A DNA stretch of 64,000 bases, taken from the IMG/VR virus record IMGVR_UViG_3300029566_000004. The stretch is one strand, 5' to 3'. Shown piece after piece: positions 32,453-43,878 of the stretch. The DNA is from a virus. Within the stretch, counting starts at the first letter, position 1. Each line of letters starts with the position of its first letter. Below the pieces are notes generated by a model, which was not told where the DNA came from, made no database searches, and was given only the letters and a program-made list of their open reading frames with translations. The translations under genes were made by a program, and so were the position numbers.

Positions 32453-33661
32453 ATGGCATATGATGCTAATGATTTGGTTATAAAATAGATTCAAGCATCA
32501 AATGGTTTGCATGAATTAGATGCAAAATATTTTGATGGTCATAAGTGGTCAGATGTAACAGAATTGGTAGAAGCGGGTTTTGAAGCTACCATTATGACAA
32601 CTCTTCCCACGATTACTAGTGAAAATTATAATACATATCGTAATACCTTAGCTTTAAAGGCAGACGAAAATGCTGAAGCTGGTACGTATTTGGAATATAT
32701 TGTAGTTAAAGAGGGTAGTACTCAAACTCCCACTTATACTTGGGAACAAATTGGTAGTACAAAAACTAATTTTACAATTCCAACAGAACCGTCAATTACT
32801 TTAACTGTTAGCACAGCTTCTACTACAGTCCATACTACTAATAATGGTAGTCAAACCGCTACTGGAAATGCAAGTATTGTATATGATAAAGCAACCAGTA
32901 TTGGCTCTGCGGGTGGAGCTACTGCTACTGTTGAAATTACAGTTGACAAGTTAGCGCCTACTATCACTGAGAGTACTGGCGGAGCCAATATAAAGAATAC
33001 GAGTTAGCTGGCAGCATCAACAGTTGATACTACTGAAGATGGCAGTCATACCCATTCTGTTACCACTACTGCGCATAGTCATACAGTTTATTTAAGTTCC
33101 AGTTCTAAAACTGTTGTTACTAATGTAACTAAAACTGGTGCAGCTGGTGCTCATACACATAGCATATCAGTTAGTAGTTCTAGCACTCCTGTTATAATTT
33201 CCGCAAGCGTTAATAATAATATCCTAAGTTTTGGCACAGCTAACGTCATTTCTTCTATTAATGCAGCTAGCGCAACTGGAGAAGCCGGTGGTCATACTCA
33301 TAGTATTACTCCTATTACTGCAACCATCAATCATATTACAGGTGCCACTTTAGCTGCTAGTGCTCCTAATGGAACTGCAACCTCTGCCGGCACTCATAGT
33401 CATAATGTTACGATTGCAGCTCATAGTCATACTTATGTTGAGCTTAAAGCGCATACTCACGCTATTGCTACTATCAGTGCAACATATAGCGGCGATGCTA
33501 CAATTAGTGAACATAGTCATACTATTAATTATACTACTACAACTGTTACTGGTACTGCTAGTGTTGCGGTTGCAAGTCATACTCATAGTGTTGTTATACC
33601 TGCGCATACTCATACCGTAACCGTACCTGCTCATAATCATAGTACAGCTGCTGGTTTATAA
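32453..33661 (+). CDS. tail fibre with C-terminal HxH-repeat domain, two in-frame TAGs (32486, 33005)
   Basis: MAYDANDLVIK-TAG-IQASNG... After TAG 33005 the frame stays open to TAA 33659-33661. That stretch has no Met (so it is absent from the ORF track) and 11 HxH motifs (HTHS, HSHT, HNHS...). Confidence 0.7.
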
Positions 33662-33729
33662 AAAATTATTTAATGAAGGGAGAGGATTTAATCCTCTCTC
33701 TTTAATTAATTTAAAGGAGATAAAGGTGT

Positions 33730-34884
33730 ATGAATTATAAGATTTGTATTTATGCAATTTGTAAAAATGAAAAAGAATGGATTAATCGGTGGATAGATAA
33801 TATGTCTGAAGCTGATTATATCGTTGTTTTAGATACAGGTTCAACCGATGGATCTTATGAAATGTTAAAAGAAGATTCTCGTATAACTCGTGTTGAATAG
33901 AAAATCATTAATCCTTGGCGTTTTGATGTAGCACGCAATGAATCAATGAAATTGGTTCCAGAAGATACCGATATTTTTGTTTGTACTGACTTTGATGAAG
34001 TGTTTGAATAGGGATGGGCGCAAGTATTACGTGATAATTGGCAACCTGAAGATACAAGATGCTATTATACATATGCATGGTCACATAATGCTTTAGGTGA
34101 GCCTCAAGATGTATTTAAATATGATAAAATTCATGCAAAAAATTATCATTGGGTATTTCCAGTGCATGAAGTATTAGTTCCAAACGATTTAAGTAAACCA
34201 GAAGTTGCTTTAGACGCAGGCGAACATATTTATTTACATCATTTATAGGATATAAGTAAACCGCGCGCCTATTATTTTGATTTGCTTAAAATTGGCGTAG
34301 AAGAAAATCCTGCTAATTCGCATTGTTAGATGCTATTAGCGCGGGAATATTTACTTAAGCAAGAATATGATAATGCGCTTGAAGCTTATGAAAAATGTTT
34401 ACAATACGCTGATATTTATGAGCCTAACAAAAAAATGGTTTTATGTGAGACATATGGAAGATTAGGTGATTTATATTATTGGCATAAGCACAACTTGAGC
34501 GAATCTGTTAAATATTTTAATAAATGGATTGAAGTTGACCGCACGTATCGTGAACCTTATTTTTGTTTGGCTGATATATATAATAATCAGGAACTTTATC
34601 CCTTAGCAATTGGATTAGTTACTACTGGATTAATCGTTGGTCAGCGTCATTATGATTGGGTTGAGCGCAAGGATAATTGGATTGCTAAAGGCGAAGAACT
34701 TTTATGCTATTCTTATTTAGGTTTAAAAGATTATTCTAATGCAATTGTACATGGTAAATTAGCATTAGCACATGACCCAAACAATGTAACGCTTTTACAA
34801 AAATATACAATGGCTCTTGAGGGTTCGATTGCAGGAATGACGCAATCAAATAATAATAGTAACGAATCATTGCAAAAACTTTGA
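33730..34884 (+). CDS. family-2-like glycosyltransferase fused to TPR repeats, four in-frame TAGs (33898, 34009, 34246, 34327)
   Basis: MNYKICIYAICKNE..VVLDTGSTDGS..NPWRFDVARNES..CTDFDE.. followed by TPR-like ..LLAREYLLKQEYDNALEAYEKCL... All four TAGs are in frame by coordinate arithmetic. Confidence 0.7.
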
Positions 34885-34935
34885 AAATGATGGATGCGGG
34901 CGAGGATCGTTAAAATAAAAAAGGAGGATGATTGA

Positions 34936-36930
34936 ATGAATGAAATTTCGAAAATAATTATTCCAGGAAATACTGTTCCTTATGACTTACGTGATGATTA
35001 TGCGCGCGAAAGAATTAATAATAGCCATTTATTTATTGTTAGTCCGTTAACGACGAGTATAATAAATATATATACTTTATTAGGACGGGTGGTAGAACCT
35101 TATGAAGGATTAATGCTACATATTTTATGCACAAATAATAATAACGACTCGATTACCCCCACATCTATTCGATTAGCAGCGAACGAATTACCAATTGAAA
35201 TTGAGTATTCTAATTTTATTCGCCGCCGCCCAATAAATGGTGGGATTTACAGTTTTGTTTTACATTATATACCCGAAGAAGAGACGACTCCTGCGCATTG
35301 GAATTTTTATCCGATAGATGACACATTAAAATCAAAAGGTGTTGAAATTATTGAGTATACTACCGAAGCCGATGCAGCTCATGCACAAGTAAAAAAAGCA
35401 TTGAGTCAAAATATATTACCAGTTGTGCACTATATTGATACAAATGCTGACAATTATGAATATTGGCTACCATTATATGAATATGCTACTGATAAAACTA
35501 GTTTTATTTTTTCAGCATCTACGGCATATACTTCCAGTGAAGATATTTCGTTATCTTATATTAGAATAAATTTAGACTCTACGACCTGGGCTATTGATAA
35601 CTGTGGAACTAATACGGTTAATATTCCCACAATGGCTTAGGCAAAAGGATTATTTTATGGGACTTGCTAGACCAGCAATGCCACAGCTGCAAAGACTGTT
35701 ACAGGAGTTGCTGATTGGCCAGAGGCTTTTTTTGCCGGTTAGACAATTTTAATCAAATTTCAACATGGTAATAATGTTAAAGAAAATCTTACTTTAAGTA
35801 TAAATGGATCAACTCCAGCTCCAATAGTAGCTTATGATGGTGTTAGCCCTGCGACGATATGGGCAGCTGGCTCAATTTTATTATTTATTTATAGTGGTAC
35901 GGATTGGCGTTTAGTCGATGGTCATAATAATGTTAAAATTTTAGGTGATTTAGGTATGGGGTATGGCTCTTGTGCCAATGCATTAGAAGCAACTGCTAAA
36001 AATGCATCTATTCAAGATTATGTATTAACAACTGGAAGTCTTGTAGCAATTAGATTTACATATAGCGTACCTGCTGGTTCTACTTTAAATATTTCTGGCA
36101 CTGGCGCAAAAGCAATTTATTATAAAGGTGCGCCTATTCAATCTAATATAATTAAAAATAATGATACTGCGCTATTTGTTTATACTGGTTCCGTATATGA
36201 ATTATTGACTACTACTTCAAAAAATTTATTGCCATTAACAACAAGTACTGATTATATTGTATGTACTACATCTGCTAATAATAGTATTAAAATAGCAACA
36301 TTAAGTGGATTTACATTACCAACTGCAGCAAACCCCTCTGGACATAGATTTGCGGTTAATTTTAAGAATTCAGTGCCCGCTAACGCACAATTAAATATTT
36401 CTAGCACTGGAGCTAGACACATTATTTGTAATAATGCAAATATTAGCGCAAATACTATTCAAGCTAATGATGTTGTCATATTAGAATCTTCTTGGAATGC
36501 TTCGTTGGCTACAGCTCAATATATTGTGCGTGCGATTGATCGCAATAATATACGACATGTTTATGAGAATTCAATACGTATACGCAATACTACTATAAAC
36601 AATGCTAACGGACATATCTACGAGTCACCGACAGATATTAAAGGGTACTGGAGTGCCACAACATCAACAGGTAGTACGACAGCTACCAATCCTACAATAT
36701 GTTTATATAATAATACAAATGGTTTCACAAATATTGCACCTGACATGGTACATTAGATAATAGGATCGGCATATATAGAAATTGGCTCGCGAAAACATAT
36801 AACTCCTATTATTTTAGATCAAATTGATGTATCACGCACTGCTTTTTTACAGGCTCATTTGGCGAATTTTTCAGCGCCCGCTAATAGCACTCCTACTTAC
36901 TATTTGCAAATAATATGTCCTAAAAAATGA
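34936..36930 (+). CDS. receptor-binding/tail-fibre-like protein with repeated ..C.T..TAAK..G..V.(I/V)(K/R)F..N..LN(I)..TGAK.I.Y.. modules, four in-frame TAGs (35638, 35668, 35740, 36754)
   Basis: ORFs 34936..35640 and 35956..36756 share one frame and are bridged by three TAGs. The module repeats are continuous across the TAGs. The true stop is TGA 36928-36930. Confidence 0.65.
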
Positions 36931-36941
36931 GGTGATTAATT

Positions 36942-37823
36942 ATGGCAAAATATTATCCTGAAAATTTTATTAAATGGGCTTTAACACATGTTAAACGCTC
37001 CACTATTCCTTCAGATGCAAAATTACCATTACCTATTGCAAAATGTGGTACTGAACCTTGGAATTATTTATTTGGCAGTGTTCGTGTAATGACAACTCAA
37101 GCGACTATTGACTATTATTTTAACAATCATTATAAAAATAAAATGACACGTATTGAATATAATGCAATTACTGATGCTTGGAGTCGTACAGGTTACGCGA
37201 CTGATTGTCAAGGTCTCTTGGATGCCTGGATGACTCATGAGATGAACAACAAGACGGATATCAATGCCCAGATGAATTATGCAAACTGGTGCACAGATAA
37301 GGGATCAATTGCAAGCATAAATCGTCCATATGTCATTGGAGAAGCTGTTTTCATGTATTCAGCTAGATCTAAAAAAATGACACATATCGGATGGATTTGT
37401 GGATTTCGCGCAAATGGTGAACCTCTTGTCGTTGAGGCACGGGGCATTGCGTATGGCGTAGTTGTAACTGAATTGTCAAAACGCAATTGGACTCATCGCG
37501 GTTTAATGACTGCAAAATTTGATTATACTAAACATCAGGAGGAACCTAAACCTATGTCTACAATTAAATTTGAAAAAACAAATCCAATGAAAATTGGAGC
37601 ACCTTATTTAGCCATGCAAAAAGCCTTAAACGCAGCTGGTTATACAGACGCTACTGGTAAAGTATTAGTAGAAGATGGAAAATGGGGTACTAAATCTTAG
37701 CAAGCATTTGAGAAATTGATTAATGCACATATTACAATTCCTGAACCAGAAAAAGTAAATCGTATTACTACATTTTTTTCTCCAGATGGCAAATATAAGT
37801 TCTCTGTTATTTTAGAGAAATAA
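36942..37823 (+). CDS. cell-wall hydrolase (Cys/His NlpC/P60-like) with C-terminal peptidoglycan-binding repeat; putative endolysin; one in-frame TAG (37698)
   Basis: ..TDCQGLLDAW..THIGWI.. then ..LQKALNAAGYTDATGKVLVEDGKWGTKS-TAG-QAFEKL.. (PG_binding_1-like). Stop is TAA 37821-37823. Confidence 0.55.
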
Positions 37824-37861
37824 ATTTAATAATAAAAATAAGAAAGGAAAGGAAGAATAAT

Positions 37862-38635
37862 ATGTCTTCAAGTCCAATTATTTTAACTACTACAAATTTT
37901 AGCACTTTATTTAGTGAAATTTATAGTGTAGTACATCCCGGCACAGGAGAAAATAATAATAATATTGGCAAAGTTTTATAGGTGGGTAATGATGGTAAAG
38001 TTACTTTTACTAATGATATTGTTACTAGTACTGGTTTAAACGCTTTAGAAGCGCGTGTTACGAATAATGAAACGGCTTTAGCCAATAAAGTTACTTTAGA
38101 TGATATAACAACCGCACTTAATACAGCTCGTCCAGTAACCAATAGTGCAAGTGCAAAATTGCAAACTGCAATTCTTAATCAAGCCGATGTAGCCATTGCT
38201 GCATAGTTAAATACTGGCGCTATTGGCGCAGCTATAATTTCAGCAACAACAAATATGGTAACTACAAGTGATGTTACAACAGCTATTAGTAATGCTAAAA
38301 AAGAACTATCTGCTGTTAAGGCTAATAGCGATTTAGCAAATGTATTAGGTTTTGCTAAAGGTAATAATACTAATCTTATAGCTCCTGACGGTACAGCATT
38401 AAATAAAACTAGTGTAACTACTATTAAAGAATATATTGATGTTAATGATGCTGAATTATCTACAAAAATAGGTAGCGCACCAAATAGTACTGTTGCATTA
38501 AATACATTAAAAGCTAATTTAGGTATTACAACTAGTGGTGATATTAATATTTGGCAAGCTATTGAAGCAATTTCCAATAAAATCGGTAATACAGTTACTG
38601 TTAGACCTTCCGATTTAGGCATATCTACTACATAA
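37862..38635 (+). CDS. tail-fibre/structural protein, two in-frame TAGs (37979, 38204)
   Basis: MSSSPIILTTTNF...GKVL-TAG-VGNDGKVTFTND...AIAA-TAG-LNTGAIG... Three ORF-track pieces lie in one frame. Confidence 0.6.
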
Positions 38636-38651
38636 AATTAATAAAAAAAAT

Positions 38652-38680
38652 AAGGGGAACCGAATATTTGGTTCCCCTTA
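38652..38680. terminator. bidirectional intrinsic terminator between the convergent late module and the vWA gene
   Basis: AAGGGGAACC-N9-GGTTCCCCTT, flanked by an A-run and a T-run. Confidence 0.8.
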
Positions 38681-38702
38681 TTTTTTTTATATTTTTTTAG
38701 TT

Positions 38703-40232
38703 TTATTTAATTCGTGTATACATTTCTCCGTCGAGAACATCAAGCATAAGCTCAAACGCAGTTTTACCTTTCATAATCTGCTCAAATAGTACAGGACTGA
38801 AGCCGCTAACGAAGGTGATACCATCTTTTACAGTCATAGGAATATTATTCTGACGAGCTTGCACATTCCAAAAGATGAGATTAGGCATCTTTAGACCCCA
38901 TGCACGCCATTTATCAGCAATATGTTCCATGAGAGCACCACTATTATTATCACTCCATAGACGCGCAGCATCAAATTCCATATCTGAGATGATGATTATA
39001 TTCTGAGGAATATCTTCCTTCTTCACATCAGGACGAAGTGCTATTTTAAGAAGAAGATCAAAAGTAGCTTCAATATCAGTGTTTTCACAAAGATTAGTAC
39101 GGTAAATACGTGCAACCTTATCACAGAAGTCAACACCTTCAGTAGCTATCCACTGAGGACGACTAGAGAAGCTAATGTAATGTCCTGCAAAAGGTCCTTT
39201 GTTGTGTTCGGCGCAATAAAGACCAAGAGAAATAGCAACATTAATAGGTGCAGATGCCTCACTGCCCCTCATAGAACCAGAAGTATCAACAACTGCAATG
39301 CCATTAAAGGTTGCGCCTTTAAAGTAATCAGTCAAATTCTCCCAATATTTATTAACTGCCAGACGATTTATATCATCAAGAGCAGGCTCAAAGTCACTAC
39401 CAAAGTCACTACACCAACCTAAACTTTTCCGCATAACATTTGTGGCGGCTGCAACGCATTCATAAGGATGAAGCGCCTTAGCATTAACCTTAGTTTTAGT
39501 ATCCTTCATGAAGTCTTCATAAGTGGTTTTGCCGATTTTCTGACGTTCAATATCGTGACGAGCAAAAGCATTGCGATAAATCATACCGGCGCGAGAAGGA
39601 ATTTTGTCAAATTCAATTTCATTCCAACGTTTTGCAGACATCAGTCTTTCAAGAACACGAATACGTTCACGAAGGCTAGAAAGTGCTTTACGATACTCAC
39701 GAGAAGTAAGATTAAACTTTTGGCGAGTAAGGGTTGCAAGCTGACGGCTCTCATGGCTAGAAGTATTTTCAGATTTAAGCCATTTAGCAAGCAAAGAGGG
39801 GGTCTTGCTCTTAAGATCAAGAACAAGCTGTTGCTTCATCAGGTAGAACATCTTATCCTCAACAGGAGTTCCTACAAGAGCATAAAGATCGTCCCAGCGA
39901 CCATAAAAAGGAATGTTCTCAAGATTACGAATTACATCTTCAGGATGATTTTTTGCAAGCCAGTTAAGGACAACGCGGAAGTAACGACGCTCACCCTGGC
40001 CACCGCGTACGGAGCGCAAATAAAAAAGGCACTTAAGCGCACGAAGCGCATCTTCTTCATAAGCCTTCTTAAAGAGCAGAATGCAATCTGCGTTGGAGCG
40101 GGTACGGTACGCGCCACCGAGTGCAAACATATCAAGTAGACCGCTCATAGTAGACTTGTGAGTCAGAGCACCATTCTCGGTAACAGCATAGTTGTTCGCG
40201 TTATTCATTACGTTCATAAAAGTATTAGCCAT
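38703..40232 (-). CDS. helical N-domain + C-terminal vWA (MIDAS DTSGSM) protein, DUF2828-like; architecture resembles Ro60/TROVE
   Basis: ..TENGALTHKSTMSGLLDMF..YLRSVRGGQGER.. then ..AVVDTSGSM... ..FVSGFSP... Confidence 0.5.
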   Translation of the reverse strand: MANTFMNVMNNANNYAVTENGALTHKSTMSGLLDMFALGGAYRTRSNADCILLFKKAYEEDALRALKCLFYLRSVRGGQGERRYFRVVLNWLAKNHPEDVIRNLENIPFYGRWDDLYALVGTPVEDKMFYLMKQQLVLDLKSKTPSLLAKWLKSENTSSHESRQLATLTRQKFNLTSREYRKALSSLRERIRVLERLMSAKRWNEIEFDKIPSRAGMIYRNAFARHDIERQKIGKTTYEDFMKDTKTKVNAKALHPYECVAAATNVMRKSLGWCSDFGSDFEPALDDINRLAVNKYWENLTDYFKGATFNGIAVVDTSGSMRGSEASAPINVAISLGLYCAEHNKGPFAGHYISFSSRPQWIATEGVDFCDKVARIYRTNLCENTDIEATFDLLLKIALRPDVKKEDIPQNIIIISDMEFDAARLWSDNNSGALMEHIADKWRAWGLKMPNLIFWNVQARQNNIPMTVKDGITFVSGFSPVLFEQIMKGKTAFELMLDVLDGEMYTRIK

Positions 40233-40310
40233 TTTTAATTCTCCTTTATTTTTTTGATGTTCTCTTGGACAAGAGAATTTTTATTTTTGAACTTTTTAAT
40301 TTACATATAT

Positions 40311-40339
40311 ATTATATCATAATTTTTTTACTTTTTCAA
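40311..40339 (-). promoter_or_regulatory. promoter cassette (-35 TTGAAA, -10 TATAAT)
   Basis: Same repeat family. Upstream of the DUF2828-like gene. Confidence 0.6.
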
Positions 40340-41544
40340 AAAAGTAATTTATGCAACTTTATTGAATTTCGAGTATAGCCATCAGATACATAAACTCTCT
40401 CAGCCGCTACTTCTTTATATTCATCTATGTGTTCATATTCATTGAGATGCGTTAAAACTAGGCTCGTAGTAACTGGATAGTCAGACTTTTTGCTCTCAGA
40501 GGCTATTCTAGTCGCAAATTCTTTATAGTCTAAAATACCATAACGTAGCGTATCCTGGAACATATTCGGAACATTTGTTCTATCCCACATGAAGAAGTTA
40601 ATATCTTTTTTCTCGCACTCTGTATCAAAACGACCGGCACCATGACGAGTCATATATGTTCTTGAAACGTAGTAAGTATTAATATAGCCGGTAAAATAAC
40701 ATTCTTTGAGAATTTCATTGATGTTATATAAACCAGTATGGCTAGGTGTAAGATGCGGATAATATTCCATATTATCCTGGTCTAACAGCAAGCCCTGACC
40801 ATTCTCAAAAATGACATCATCATATGAGTGTAAAAAGTCTGGACTGTCTACCAAAGCGCACTTTTTCATCATGAATTCAAAATCTGAAATGTAATTCTGA
40901 ATTGCAATTTCAGATTCTAGCGCTTTCTCTAATTCTATCGGCATTTTATGAATTTTTGTCTGGTCAATACGCTTTTCAGTATAATACTTCTTTAGCGATT
41001 TAAGATAGTCATATTTACCCAGATAAGACAAAGCCGCAAATTCACCGATAGAAATCCCATAGGGACTAATGACTTCCTGCTGAAAAACGAATTCTTTATC
41101 TCTATAGCGGCATATGGTTTCATAAATACCTAAACCGCACGAGCCATGTTTTGCTACGCCGCGTTCAATTTCTCGAGCCTGATTAATAATCATATCATAA
41201 AAGGTAGTAAATTTACACCTTTTATCAATATAAATCTTCGGGCGATTGAATAGTTTAGGCATTAACTTTTCATACTCTTCTTTGAATATCATTGGGTTAC
41301 AAATGAAAGATTTGGCAATATAAGTAGATGCGCCCACAAAAGTACCCGCACCAATATGGCGAAAGATATGTTCTCTGCCTTCTGGAGTAGTCACAGTATG
41401 TGCACGCTGAGGTCCACCATTGTGCAATACAACTATAGCGTTGTCACTTTTGGAAGCTAACCAATCGGTGACTAGTCCTTTACCTTCATCACCAAAGTTT
41501 GCTCCAATAACTGCGGATACCTTAAATTTATAAACTTCAAACAT
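40336..41544 (-). CDS. adenylosuccinate-synthetase-family protein (PurA/PurZ-like, divergent)
   Basis: ..GANFGDEGKGLVTD.. P-loop, ..GGPQRAHT.., ..FENGQGLLLD.., ..TRHGAGRF.. parallel PurA GDEGKG / GHNAGHT / FEGAQGTLLD / TRVGAGPF. Confidence 0.65.
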   Translation of the reverse strand: MFEVYKFKVSAVIGANFGDEGKGLVTDWLASKSDNAIVVLHNGGPQRAHTVTTPEGREHIFRHIGAGTFVGASTYIAKSFICNPMIFKEEYEKLMPKLFNRPKIYIDKRCKFTTFYDMIINQAREIERGVAKHGSCGLGIYETICRYRDKEFVFQQEVISPYGISIGEFAALSYLGKYDYLKSLKKYYTEKRIDQTKIHKMPIELEKALESEIAIQNYISDFEFMMKKCALVDSPDFLHSYDDVIFENGQGLLLDQDNMEYYPHLTPSHTGLYNINEILKECYFTGYINTYYVSRTYMTRHGAGRFDTECEKKDINFFMWDRTNVPNMFQDTLRYGILDYKEFATRIASESKKSDYPVTTSLVLTHLNEYEHIDEYKEVAAERVYVSDGYTRNSIKLHKLLF

Positions 41545-41564
41545 ACCTTTCACCTTTCTGTCAA

Positions 41565-42482
41565 TTAAAATTCAATCAATCCAGTAGAATTCGAATGCTC
41601 ATATCCGCCATTTTTGGCTAAATCTTTCAGAGCATCTTTTACTATTAGCTGTACAGTACCGTCCCAACTATTAATTACATCAACTGCACTTTTACCGCTA
41701 TGCAACTCCAAAATTGAGACAATAATCTCAGGAATTTTGTCGATAGCTTCAACCACTATCGCATTATTGCCAAGAAGCTGTTTCCATTCATTATATACAG
41801 GCTGATAGATTACAGGATTAACAATGAGGTGATAAACCTCATATTTACGAGATACTTCAGTAAGAAGTTCAGTAGCACTCAAGTCACGCTCAACATCGTC
41901 ACCGAGAAACTCTTTAATCTGTGCTTTAGTCAATTTAGGCAAGCAGCACTCATCGCCAACAGTAAACAGGAAACCTTTCTTGTGATGCTTATCCCATGCG
42001 TCAGTCTTACACCTACGAGAAGCTACATACCAAGGGAATGCATAACTTTCGCCGCCGTTACCACCGCCACCGCGCTCAAAGTAAATATCATTGAGTTGCT
42101 CAGCGATACGAATATCAGACTCAAACTGCGTCACCTGGATAGGAGAAGAGTCGCATTCGCCATCGCCGAAAGCCATGAAGCACACCTGCGGGTCGGATAC
42201 AGGATTGCGTTTATAGATTTCGCTCATAGTATCGCCAAGACGCTTACTGACCGTCTCAAGTACAGAACTCATAGAGCCAGTTACGTCAAGAGCAAGCACG
42301 ATAGGAGTAGAGTTAGGGTGTTCTGCACTATCACAACTCTCTCTGAATTTAAACTGTGTGGGATCAAACGCATCCTTCATTCTACGCGCAGTATACATTT
42401 CACTTGCAGAACTGGAAGCTGTATAGCCCTTAGATATCGTGTAATTTGTCCAACTTGAGGACGTCCAACTACCATAACCCAT
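41565..42482 (-). CDS. vWA-domain protein
   Basis: MIDAS ..LALDVTGSM.. and a Gly-rich ..ERGGGGNGGES.. loop. Confidence 0.6.
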   Translation of the reverse strand: MGYGSWTSSSWTNYTISKGYTASSSASEMYTARRMKDAFDPTQFKFRESCDSAEHPNSTPIVLALDVTGSMSSVLETVSKRLGDTMSEIYKRNPVSDPQVCFMAFGDGECDSSPIQVTQFESDIRIAEQLNDIYFERGGGGNGGESYAFPWYVASRRCKTDAWDKHHKKGFLFTVGDECCLPKLTKAQIKEFLGDDVERDLSATELLTEVSRKYEVYHLIVNPVIYQPVYNEWKQLLGNNAIVVEAIDKIPEIIVSILELHSGKSAVDVINSWDGTVQLIVKDALKDLAKNGGYEHSNSTGLIEF

Positions 42483-42485
42483 ACA

Positions 42486-43487
42486 TCATTCCTCCTTTGG
42501 ATAGATTTCATTTTCTTTGGGTTCAAGTTTTATAAATTTGCGTTCACCATATGCTGTCTTTAAAGCTTCATCCCATTTACTCCACTCTTCGATCGGGTCT
42601 TCACTGGAGCCACTCATATAGAAATCAGTCATAGCCTTCGGGCAGTCAGTATCTAAAGTGCGAAGCATTAATTTGACACTTTCTATATCTGTTAAATAGT
42701 TTGAAACTTTATCGGCTTTTACTTTTGGAGGCATAACCGCATATATATCAGAAGTAGTACCAATCATGGGCTCGCCTTCTTTTGCAGCAAACCACCAGCC
42801 ACCGTAGATGCTAATTGCATGATACTTACAACTTATAAAACAGTTATCAATATCAATGCCATTAACTGTATAGCCTTCGTGATTAATGAAAGTAATATTC
42901 TGCATTAATCGACTCGTTATCCAAGCCAAATGGCGACCTGGTACTTTATTATGCCAATAATTCTCAATAAGTGCACGCAACGGATACATATCTTCATTTT
43001 TCTGGATTGAAATAATATATTTATCACCAGACGTATAGTAATGAATATCTTGTGGAATTATTACATCAAAAATTTCTTTTTTCATTTTCGCGTCGGAACA
43101 ATTCCAAGAAGCAAAAATATGCCGGAAATTCTCATAAAATCTTTTGTGAGCTGCATCGAATATGTAAATAAGTCTTGTTTTACTTACATAATATTCGCAT
43201 ATGTCAAGAATACGATGATATTTATATCTGATTCTTAAGGTAGAGCCATTGTCTAACTTAAATGACATTATTCCTTTCTCATGCCAAGAGCCATTTGCTA
43301 AAGCAGCTAAAGCTTCATCTTTTAACTCAGTTAAACGACGAAAGGCTACTTCGGCATTAGCATCTTTGTTGATATCAGGATGGACTTTTTTCGCATAAGC
43401 GCGATATTGCGCTTCAATCTCATTTTTGTCATGCGAAAATAAGTCACCATATGTGCAGGTCAAAATTTTATTAAGAAGTTCCGGCAT
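42486..43487 (-). CDS. J-domain (DnaJ-like) protein
   Basis: ..YRAYAKKVHPDINKDANAEVAFRRLTELKDEA.. (HPD motif). ATG 43487 has an AGGAG RBS. The longer ORF-track start overlaps tRNA-Ile. Confidence 0.65.
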   Translation of the reverse strand: MPELLNKILTCTYGDLFSHDKNEIEAQYRAYAKKVHPDINKDANAEVAFRRLTELKDEALAALANGSWHEKGIMSFKLDNGSTLRIRYKYHRILDICEYYVSKTRLIYIFDAAHKRFYENFRHIFASWNCSDAKMKKEIFDVIIPQDIHYYTSGDKYIISIQKNEDMYPLRALIENYWHNKVPGRHLAWITSRLMQNITFINHEGYTVNGIDIDNCFISCKYHAISIYGGWWFAAKEGEPMIGTTSDIYAVMPPKVKADKVSNYLTDIESVKLMLRTLDTDCPKAMTDFYMSGSSEDPIEEWSKWDEALKTAYGERKFIKLEPKENEIYPKEE

Positions 43488-43505
43488 ATAATTCTCCTTA
43501 TATAA

Positions 43506-43582
43506 TGGTGCTGGTGGGTGGACTCGAACCACCGACATTCACCTTATCAGAGTGACGCTCTAACCAACTGAACTACACCAGC
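43506..43582 (-). tRNA. tRNA-Ile(GAU)
   Basis: Acceptor GCTGGTG/CACCAGC, anticodon loop CUGAUAA, T arm GGTGG-TTCGAGT-CCACC, encoded CCA. Confidence 0.85.
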
Positions 43583-43586
43583 GAAT

Positions 43587-43663
43587 TGGCACTCCGGAGA
43601 GGACTTGAACCCCCAACACCTTGATCCGTAGTCAAGAGCTCTTTCCAATTGAGCTACCGGAGT
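43587..43663 (-). tRNA. tRNA-Arg(ACG)
   Basis: Acceptor ACTCCGG/CCGGAGT, loop CUACGGA, T-loop TTCAAGT, encoded CCA. Confidence 0.85.
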
Positions 43664-43801
43664 AAAAAAAATAAGGTGAAATAGCAGGCACAGGAAAAGT
43701 GGAAGTGAAAACCGTGTCAATAAACTATTTCACCTTAAAAATTACAAGACTCATTAAAAATAATATCCATATTTCTATAAAATTGCTGTTTGAGTCTTAA
43801 T

Positions 43802-43875
43802 TGGAGCACGATATGAGATTTGAACTCACAACTTCGGTTTGGAAGACCAATATGTTACCCTTACACTAATCGTGC
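43802..43875 (-). tRNA. tRNA-Gly(UCC)
   Basis: Acceptor GCACGAT/ATCGTGC, loop CUUCCAA, encoded CCA. Confidence 0.8.
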
Positions 43876-43878
43876 ATA

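Noticed and set aside
33350-33640. ORFs 33350..33640 (-) and 33360..33620 (+) over the His-rich region.
   Set aside because: They are off-frame or antisense readings of the HxH-repeat fibre domain, which is in frame with 32453 after TAG read-through.
39468-40139. 223-aa plus-strand ORF; also 41829..42458, 7694..8062, 13961..14308 and 27040..27399.
   Set aside because: These lie antisense to, and fully inside, well-supported minus-strand genes. Their low-complexity Ile/Lys/Phe/Ser-rich translations are typical of AT-rich shadow frames, and they have no RBS.
40336-41544. Calling the PurA homolog PurZ and the genome Z-DNA.
   Set aside because: The P-loop is PurA-like (GDEGKG) and no DatZ/MazZ/DpoZ partners are seen in the window. 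It is left as a testable possibility only.
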